A stretch of DNA of 64,000 bases. Origin: Sedimentisphaerales bacterium. Lineage in GTDB: Bacteria > Planctomycetota > Phycisphaerae > Sedimentisphaerales > Anaerobacaceae. The position numbers and the translations under genes are program-made. The stretch is from positions 482,801 to 546,800 of the forward strand of contig JAXGYC010000009.1 of the NCBI GenBank assembly GCA_040772485.1. Direction: 5' to 3'. Of the stretch, positions 57,072 to 64,000 are shown in pieces; the stretch's first letter is position 1, and each line of letters opens with the position of its first letter. The notes under the pieces are model-generated. The model did no database searches and was not told where the DNA came from. It saw nothing but the letters and a program-made list of their open reading frames with translations.

Positions 57072-58292
57072 TCAGATCCGCAGGAAGATTTTCCTGCGAT
57101 ACATCCACAGCAGGACGAGCCACAGGACCAGCAATGCCGCAGCCCGTTCGAGGACGGGCGCATAAGCGGCGCCGAGGCTCTCGAAGATGTGCTGGCCGAG
57201 ATGCCGGCGGAGGTTGTCGCGGATGAAGCCGCCCGAGAGCTGCCAGAGGCAGTACAGGGTGATGGGGTTCAGTCCGGCCACGACAAGGGGAAACGCCCAT
57301 CGCCTCCACCCTCGCCACTCGATGACGGCGACGAAGGCCGCCAGCACGAGCGTGACCCAACCGGCGCTATAGATCGCCCAGGAGGGCGTCCAGATACGTT
57401 TGACGATCGGGCACAGGCCCGCCATTGCGATAGCCTTGCCGACCACCACGCCCAATACACCGAAGATAATCAGGTGTTTGAGCTTGCTCGGGATCGACAG
57501 ACTGCTTCGCAGCAGTTGGCCGGCCAGCAGGCCGAAGACCATTGTCGCAATCGAGGGAACAAAGTTCAACGTCTGGTAGCCTCCGCTGCTGAAGAGGAAC
57601 GGTTTCTCTCGCGGGAAGAGGTTGAGAAACCACCGGTCGAACGCGGCCGCGACGTTGGCGTTTTTCTCCCAATGGGCAGCGAATCCCGTCAGGTAATGCC
57701 AATCGGCGGGGATGCCGACGCTCTGCCAGTCGAAATCCGCCGCCGGCAGCGGATACAGCGCAAACGCCAGCCAACAGGCCAGCAGAATCGCGAAGGCGGC
57801 CAGCCACTGCGTGCGCGGCCGGGTGAACGCCAGCAGGAAGACGATCGGATAGCCCAGGCCGATCTGCGCGAGCACGTTCGTGAAGAACCATTCGGTCTGC
57901 CTGCTCCACGCCGAGGTGAGAAACACCGCCAGCAGCACGAGCACCAGGGCCCGCCGCAACGCATGGAAAAACAGCCTGCCGAACGTCTCCCCGCGGTCGA
58001 TCCGCCTGGCCACCGACCAGGGCAGAGCTACGCCCACCATGAACATGAACGCCGGCTGGATGATATCCCACAGCGTGAATCCCGCCCACGCCGCGTGCTC
58101 CGTCTGGTGCGCGATGAACTGCCAAAGCCCGCTGTCGGGATGCTGCCGCGCGACCTGAGCCAGGCCCAGGCCGCTGGAGGCCATCAGCAGCATGATCGCC
58201 CCGCGATAGGCGTCGAGCGACAGCAGTCGCTTCGGTGCGGTTGAATCGGCGCCTGCCACGTTGCCCGAACGGTCAAAACTGGTCCTGAGCAT
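57072..58292 (-). CDS. DUF5009 / heparan-alpha-glucosaminide N-acetyltransferase (NagX-like) membrane protein
   Basis: RLLSLDAYRG, WDIIQPAFMFMVG, NVLAQIG, PIVKRIWTPSW, G.NPI. Confidence 0.88.
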   Translation of the reverse strand: MLRTSFDRSGNVAGADSTAPKRLLSLDAYRGAIMLLMASSGLGLAQVARQHPDSGLWQFIAHQTEHAAWAGFTLWDIIQPAFMFMVGVALPWSVARRIDRGETFGRLFFHALRRALVLVLLAVFLTSAWSRQTEWFFTNVLAQIGLGYPIVFLLAFTRPRTQWLAAFAILLACWLAFALYPLPAADFDWQSVGIPADWHYLTGFAAHWEKNANVAAAFDRWFLNLFPREKPFLFSSGGYQTLNFVPSIATMVFGLLAGQLLRSSLSIPSKLKHLIIFGVLGVVVGKAIAMAGLCPIVKRIWTPSWAIYSAGWVTLVLAAFVAVIEWRGWRRWAFPLVVAGLNPITLYCLWQLSGGFIRDNLRRHLGQHIFESLGAAYAPVLERAAALLVLWLVLLWMYRRKIFLRI

Positions 58293-58415
58293 GTCTTTCT
58301 CCTGATCCACCCGTCGGTCGACGGGTGTTGAGCGTCGCTAAAATAAACTTCACAATCCGCGATTCGGCAAGCGATTTCTGTGCACAGCGGCGTAGCGCCG
58401 CCGTACAATTGGCCA

Positions 58416-59867
58416 ATGAAAAAATACAAACACGCATTGGCTCTGAACCCGTACTTCGGGGATTCGACGGCCACGATGGGAATCTTCCCGCCGACCGGTC
58501 TGGAATACATCGTCGCCAGCATGAAGGACTTGGTGGACAAGATCACTGTGCTCGATCTGCGCTACCACAAGGTGTACCAGGACCCCAAGGTCCTGGGCGA
58601 CTTCATCCGGTCCGAGATCGACCTGCTGTGCATCAGCGTTCGCTGGGAGACCCGCTTCGAGCAGATTTGCGACTTCATCTCGCAACTGCCCAGCGAGGTC
58701 ACCACCGTCGTCGGCGGCTACAAAGCGACGCTGGACGTCGAGTACCTCTTCGAACGCTGTCCGAACATCGACCTGATCGTGCGAGGCGAGGGCGAAGAGA
58801 TCATTCGGGATGTTCTCAAGGGGCTGCCCAACAAGGACATCCGCGGGCTGTCCTATCGCGAGAACGGCAAGGTCGTTCACAACGAGAACCGGCCTCTGCC
58901 CGCTCTTGATTCGATTCCCTTCCCGGATCGTTCGCTGCGGACGCATGATTACTGCCTGACGCTGCACGGGGTCCGCCTCGGACGGCGCACCTTCGATACG
59001 ATGCTGACGACGCGCGGCTGCCCGTTCAAGTGCAAGTTCTGCACGTTCAGCCTCAATCCGCTCGGGCAGAAGCGCAGTTACACCGAGCGGCCGGTCGCCT
59101 CTGTCATGGAGGAACTGCGGACCATCTCCGCCGACACCGTCCTCTTCAGCGACGACAACTTCTTCACCAACATCAAGCGAAGCGAGGAGATCTGCGATCG
59201 GATCATCGCCAGCGGGATCAAGAAGACGTTCATCGTCCAGGCGCGGATCGACGTGGCGCGGCATCCGCGGGTCCTGGCCAAGGCCGAGCAAGCAGGCTTT
59301 CGCGTGTTTTTGCTCGGGATCGAGTCGCCGCACGACCGAATTCTCCAGCAGCTTCAGAAGGGCATCACGCAGCAGCAGATCCGCGAGTCCCTCGCGGTGC
59401 TGACGCGGTACAAGTTCTTCCTGCACGGCTACTTCATCTACGGCAACATCGGCGAGAGCGAAGAGGAGATGCTCTACATTCCGAAATTCGCCAAGGAGAT
59501 CGGACTGGACACCATCAGCTTCCAGAAGCTGCGCGTCGAGAAGTTCTCGCCGTTGAAAGAGGTCGTCGAGTCGACGCCCGGCTACCATTTCGACCGCATC
59601 GGCGGTCCGGTCTATTCCGACCGGTACGGACGCAAGGAACTCAAGAAGATCCGCAACCGGATTCGGGCCGGGTTCTACGACTCGTCACAACTGCTTCACA
59701 TCGCCCGGAAAGCCGGCCGGATCGGCCTGGTCGACGGCCGCGACCTTGCGGGCGTCCTTCCTCGCTTGCCCGTGCTGCTCTATCGCTTCGCCGCCCGAAA
59801 GGAGCGAAAGAGGCGCCGCCACGCGTCCGCCACAGGCGGATCGCGGCGCGCCGCTGCCGTTCTGTGA
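58416..59867 (+). CDS. B12-binding-domain radical SAM protein
   Basis: PPTGLEYI, VVGG, VRGEGE, TRGCPFKCKFC, DDNF, GIES. Confidence 0.9.
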   Translation: MKKYKHALALNPYFGDSTATMGIFPPTGLEYIVASMKDLVDKITVLDLRYHKVYQDPKVLGDFIRSEIDLLCISVRWETRFEQICDFISQLPSEVTTVVGGYKATLDVEYLFERCPNIDLIVRGEGEEIIRDVLKGLPNKDIRGLSYRENGKVVHNENRPLPALDSIPFPDRSLRTHDYCLTLHGVRLGRRTFDTMLTTRGCPFKCKFCTFSLNPLGQKRSYTERPVASVMEELRTISADTVLFSDDNFFTNIKRSEEICDRIIASGIKKTFIVQARIDVARHPRVLAKAEQAGFRVFLLGIESPHDRILQQLQKGITQQQIRESLAVLTRYKFFLHGYFIYGNIGESEEEMLYIPKFAKEIGLDTISFQKLRVEKFSPLKEVVESTPGYHFDRIGGPVYSDRYGRKELKKIRNRIRAGFYDSSQLLHIARKAGRIGLVDGRDLAGVLPRLPVLLYRFAARKERKRRRHASATGGSRRAAAVL

Positions 59868-59966
59868 GCGAGAGGAGCGCTCTTACCTTGCCGAAGGGGT
59901 GACGAGGTCGCTTTGTCGCGAGACCTCCGGCTGGCCCGGATCACTGCCTGTCCGGACTCTTTGACG

Positions 59967-60893
59967 TCACGAATCCAGTAACCGGACATCAAAAGGCGTC
60001 CCCTTTTCTTCATCACGCACCAGACGTATCGCCTGGGTGGGACACTGGTCCGCGCAGACCCCGCATCCCATGCAGGTCTGCCTGCTCACGGCGGCCGTTC
60101 CGTTCATTCGGATGGCGCCGAAAGGACACTCGTCCTCGCACGTGCCGCAGGCGGTGCACGCGGTCTGGTCCACATGGGCTACGTATCCGGACGATGCCAC
60201 CATCGGGACGCCGTACTTGCGCATGGCTTCGATCCCGCCGCAACAGCATTTGCAGCAGTTGCAGATCGCGTAGAATCGGCCCAGCAGAACATCCTTGAAC
60301 CAGGCAGAATGGAGATGGCCGCGCTGGTGTTCCGCCTCCAGAAGTTCGACTGCTTCCACTTGGCTGAGTCGACGACTGGTCTTGGGATGGTGCTCCAGGA
60401 TGAAATCCACAAAGGGCTGCCCGATGACCATACACACCTGGATCGGCTGGCAGGGATTCGCTCTCCTTTGACGACACCCGCAGGGGAAGACGGCTACTTC
60501 GGGAGGTCCTTTGAGCACCAGATCGCGTGCCGTCGCATAGGGAATGATCTGCTCCAGGTCCCGGCGGGGGATCTCTCGGTTGAGAGTAACGATAGCCCGC
60601 GCCTGATCGTGCGTCAGCACCTTGCCGTGATAGCGGTCCGCCCAGCGTTTCCTTCCTGCGGCGCTCAGACGCGGAAAGACCTGATGGGTCAGCAGGTTGA
60701 GGTACTGCTTGGTCCAGCGGCCGTAAACATAGGCGTGTACGGCGCTGAGATTCAACACGCCGCGCCAGCCGGTCTTCCGCATAACGGCCCAGGTCGAAGG
60801 ACGCAAGGGACGCCAGCGCTCCGCATACAGCCAGAACAACACCATCGAAACGAGTAGTACGCCGAGGACCAGAAGTGCAATCGATCCTGACAT
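59967..60893 (-). CDS. 4Fe-4S dicluster binding protein with Cys-rich N-terminal domain
   Basis: N-terminal TM; CGC..C..C; ICNCCKCCCG; CTACGTCEDECP and CMGCGVCADQCP. Confidence 0.88.
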   Translation of the reverse strand: MSGSIALLVLGVLLVSMVLFWLYAERWRPLRPSTWAVMRKTGWRGVLNLSAVHAYVYGRWTKQYLNLLTHQVFPRLSAAGRKRWADRYHGKVLTHDQARAIVTLNREIPRRDLEQIIPYATARDLVLKGPPEVAVFPCGCRQRRANPCQPIQVCMVIGQPFVDFILEHHPKTSRRLSQVEAVELLEAEHQRGHLHSAWFKDVLLGRFYAICNCCKCCCGGIEAMRKYGVPMVASSGYVAHVDQTACTACGTCEDECPFGAIRMNGTAAVSRQTCMGCGVCADQCPTQAIRLVRDEEKGTPFDVRLLDS

Positions 60894-61139
60894 TCCACGG
60901 CCTCCTTTCGTCGTGGCATGGCCTTGCATGTCAGATCCGTGAATCATTCGACAGTCGTGTGCTGCTCCATAGTAGGCATCTGCCTCCGGCGGGGCAAGTC
61001 GTGTTGTTTGGGGAACGCGGATGATGTATTTTCGGGTCGCACACAGAGGATGTGGGGTCTATGATGGTGCCGGTGGCGGGTGGGAGCCTGCCGCATCGTG
61101 TCTGCTGAGCGAATCGAGCGTTTTCGGGAGGTGATTGGA

Positions 61140-62312
61140 ATGGGACGTTACGGGTTGGTGTTGGGTCTGATGACGGCGGTATTCGTGACTGCCTCCGTGC
61201 AGGGAGCGGAAGACGCAGGGGCCTCGGATACCTGGCGGGTGGGGCGGTTCGCGGAGAGAGATTTCTTCCCGATCGCGGTCTGGCTTCAGAGTCCGGCGAA
61301 TGCTCCCCGCTATCAGGCGGCGGGAATCAACCTCTATGTGGGGTTGTGGAAAGGGCCTACTGAGACGCAGTTGGATGCGCTGCGAAAGGCGAATATGGCG
61401 GTCATCTGTCATCAGAACGCGTTGGGTTTGGCGCACCGGGACGATCCGATCATCGCGGGCTGGATGCACGGAGACGAGCCCGACAACGCCCAGTCGCTGG
61501 GGGAGGGCAGAGGATACGGCCCGCCGATCCCGCCGGCGAAGATTGTGGAAGGCTACCAGCGGATGCGGGCGGCCGATCCGAGCCGGCCGGTCCTGCTGAA
61601 CCTGGGGCAGGGGGTCGCCTGGGACAACTGGCACGGTCGCGGCGTGCGGACGAACCATCCGGAGGACTACCCGTTGTACGTTCAGGGCTGCGACATCGCG
61701 TCGTTCGACATCTATCCCGTCACGCACAACCATCCGCAGGTGGCCGGACAGCTCGACTACGTCGCGCGAGGCGTCGCGCGCCTGGTGGAATGGACGGGCG
61801 GACGCAAGGGCGTCTGGAACTGCATCGAGTGCACGCGGATCAGCAATCCGACGCAGAAACCCACGCCGCATCAGGTGCGCTGCGAAGTGTGGATGGCGCT
61901 GGTCCATGGCTCGCAGGGGCTGATCTACTTCGTGCACGAGTGGAAGCCGAAGTTCAGCGAGGCGGCGCTGCTGGCCGACGCGGAGATGCTCGACGCCGTG
62001 ACTCGGATCAACCGCCGGATCCGGCAGTTGGCGCCCGTCCTGAACGGCCCGACGATACCGGACGCTGTCACCGTGGTCTCGACCCCGCCGGAGGTTCCGA
62101 TCGCCACGATGACCAAACGTCACGAGGACAGGACATATGTCTTCGCAGTCGCCATGCGAAACGAAGCCACGTCTGCCCGGTTCGAGGTGAAGGGGCTGAC
62201 AGATGCGCGGACGGTGACGGTTCTGGACGAAGACCGCACGCTCGAATCGAGCGACGGCGCCTTCACGGACCGCTTCGCGCCGTGGGATGTTCACCTGTAC
62301 GAAATCCCGTGA
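61140..62312 (+). CDS. Secreted glycoside-hydrolase-like (clan GH-A-like TIM barrel) protein
   Basis: Signal peptide; FFPIAVW, GW.HGDEPDN, DPSRPV, DIASFDIYP, VHGSQGLIYF, C-terminal beta domain. Confidence 0.6.
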   Translation: MGRYGLVLGLMTAVFVTASVQGAEDAGASDTWRVGRFAERDFFPIAVWLQSPANAPRYQAAGINLYVGLWKGPTETQLDALRKANMAVICHQNALGLAHRDDPIIAGWMHGDEPDNAQSLGEGRGYGPPIPPAKIVEGYQRMRAADPSRPVLLNLGQGVAWDNWHGRGVRTNHPEDYPLYVQGCDIASFDIYPVTHNHPQVAGQLDYVARGVARLVEWTGGRKGVWNCIECTRISNPTQKPTPHQVRCEVWMALVHGSQGLIYFVHEWKPKFSEAALLADAEMLDAVTRINRRIRQLAPVLNGPTIPDAVTVVSTPPEVPIATMTKRHEDRTYVFAVAMRNEATSARFEVKGLTDARTVTVLDEDRTLESSDGAFTDRFAPWDVHLYEIP

Positions 62313-62373
62313 TCCGCCCGAGGCGGGCCGCCTTGCCTTCCTTCCCGTCACCGCGTGGTAAGGACACCGTCGA

Positions 62374-63999
62374 TCAGGGAACGGCGGCACCTACCCAGAG
62401 ACCCTGGGTCGCCGCATACATGGACGCGATGTGAAGCTCCACGCGTCGGCCGTCCACGAACGTTTCGACGAGCAATTCCTTCTGATCGGGCCGGCGCCAC
62501 TGGAAGGTCCGCGGCACGCGGGCATGGATGGCGTCAGGCAGCAGGTTCAGTGATTCGAACGTCCCCTGGGCGCTCAGTTCGAAGTCGGTCGCGCTGGCCA
62601 TATGGCTGAACGTCAGCGTCCGCTCGCCGAACTGAACCATGCCGTCGAAGGTGAAGCTGTCGCCTCGCGCGTCGAGAATCTGAGGGCTTTCGAAGAAATC
62701 CGCGAACGTGTTGGTCAACGCGTCAATGGCGAACGGTCCCCGCGACGTGGCGGACGTGAAGGTTCCCTGGGCCGCAACCGAAAACGGGATTTGCAGGCTG
62801 CCCACCTTGATGGTGGCGTTGTGCGATACCCGGTCGCTGCGGATGTCGAACTCCAGCAGGGTGGCTGTCAACTGTGCGAAATCGGCGTCCATGCGCATGT
62901 GGGCGGTGCTCGCCCGCAAATCCAGTTCGGGCAGATCGATGGTGGCCTCTTTGCCGTCCACATAGGCTCGCAACGTCACGGTGTAGCGGGCCTGGTCCGC
63001 CCCGCCCGCAAAGTCGAAGGTGGCCGTCTTGATCTGCTGCACCGTCGGGTAGACGTACCAGGCGATGCGCTCGTAGATCCACACGTCGGCGTATTCCCGG
63101 ATCAACCGGTCTCTTTCGCTCTCCTGGAGCGTGTAGTAGTGATAGGCCAACTGCGGGGACCAGAATCGGTACAGCGGCACGGTTCCCATCGGCTGCTTGC
63201 CCGACGGGTACACGTAGAACGAGATGCCCTCATACGTCCAGACGCTCGAGAACGCGGGGTTCGTCAGGAGTTTGTTCTTCTCCTTCTCGCTGGTGGTCCA
63301 CAGGTGCGATCCGAGCTTGTCCGCCCAGAACCGGTACGCCGGCACCACCTGCGGGTCGGTCGGACTGTAGAACGCATAGAAAACGATGCCCTCAAAGCGC
63401 CAGAGGCTCGAGAGCTGGATGAGACGGTCCCGCTCGGCAACGCTCATGGTGTAGAACTGCTTGCTCGAGGTCAACGATCGGAAACCATAAACCGGTCCGA
63501 GTCCCTGGAACTCGTAGGCCCCCAGATCCGGGGCCAAACCACTAAGTCTCGGCAGACTGTCGAGGTCTTTGGCATTGGACCCCAGCGGAAGAGCGGGGTT
63601 GCCCGCGTCCACGCACGGCGAGTTGGTGGACAGATGATAATCGCCGTAGGACGGGTCCAGGAACTGGGGATCGACAGCGATGTTGCCCACACCCCAGTTC
63701 AGAAGGCAGCCCTGCTCGACGAAGACGCCCGACCGTCCGAATTCGATGTCACTGTACTCCACGGTGGCCTGAGAGTACCCCGGACCGCTCACGAGGTCCT
63801 CCACGACGTACAGGCCGCTGCCCTTGTCGGCCTCGTTGTCCCACAGGATGCAGTGGCTGATCGACGGGTGGCTCTGTCGCTTGCTGGTCACAGCGCCGCC
63901 CTGGGCGGCCCTGTTGCCGACAAAGGTGCAGTGGACGATCGCACTGTTGCACTGATAGAAGTCCGTTACGGCGCCGCCGGTGCCGGCGGCCTCGTTGTC
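62374..63999 (-). CDS. Secreted/surface protein with parallel beta-helix repeats and DUF5648-like repeats, 5'-partial
   Basis: Frame is open to the window end (NEA..GGA..CTFVGN.A..GGA); DPQF..DYHL...SPCVDAG..DLGAYEF; three PVYRF..H.YT..E..W.YEG repeats. Confidence 0.75.
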   Translation of the reverse strand, partial: DNEAAGTGGAVTDFYQCNSAIVHCTFVGNRAAQGGAVTSKRQSHPSISHCILWDNEADKGSGLYVVEDLVSGPGYSQATVEYSDIEFGRSGVFVEQGCLLNWGVGNIAVDPQFLDPSYGDYHLSTNSPCVDAGNPALPLGSNAKDLDSLPRLSGLAPDLGAYEFQGLGPVYGFRSLTSSKQFYTMSVAERDRLIQLSSLWRFEGIVFYAFYSPTDPQVVPAYRFWADKLGSHLWTTSEKEKNKLLTNPAFSSVWTYEGISFYVYPSGKQPMGTVPLYRFWSPQLAYHYYTLQESERDRLIREYADVWIYERIAWYVYPTVQQIKTATFDFAGGADQARYTVTLRAYVDGKEATIDLPELDLRASTAHMRMDADFAQLTATLLEFDIRSDRVSHNATIKVGSLQIPFSVAAQGTFTSATSRGPFAIDALTNTFADFFESPQILDARGDSFTFDGMVQFGERTLTFSHMASATDFELSAQGTFESLNLLPDAIHARVPRTFQWRRPDQKELLVETFVDGRRVELHIASMYAATQGLWVGAAVP

Positions 64000-64000
64000 C

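Overview
This is a GC-rich, gene-dense 64 kb stretch of bacterial chromosome with about 53 CDS. I saw no rRNA, tRNA, CRISPR array, prophage or intact transposase. The gene content suggests an anaerobic planctomycete, probably Phycisphaerae/Sedimentisphaerales-like. This is an inference from the kinase-linked ECF sigma factor, the STN and GEVED/LamG secreted proteins, the GH109 and the SSS transporters. Main blocks: (1) 3.7-13.9 kb, a co-directional locus with pyruvoyl arginine decarboxylase, a deoxyhypusine-synthase-like (SpeY-type) enzyme, MscS, CorA, a DHH phosphoesterase and a PIG-L deacetylase/GT4/GH100-like trio. This is the best candidate for an undescribed small-molecule (polyamine or glycoside osmolyte) pathway. 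(2) Housekeeping purH and metK. (3) OsmC, two BBE-type flavoproteins, AlkD and a Tat-exported SOD. (4) Two ECF modules. One pairs a zinc-finger/kinase/FGE/pseudo-hydrolase receptor with a sigma factor that carries its own C-terminal zinc finger. (5) A GH109/Gfo-Idh-MocA/TIM-barrel/2xSSS sugar locus. (6) A small-gene cluster ending in a doubly deleted aldo-keto reductase. (7) An ankyrin lipoprotein and a 1767-aa secreted protein with nested domain insertions. Non-coding structure includes two families of GTAG-type REP-like palindromes, one copy of which lies inside a CDS, and an AT-rich heptamer-periodic foldback element. All product calls rest on motif recognition by eye; no database searches were run.
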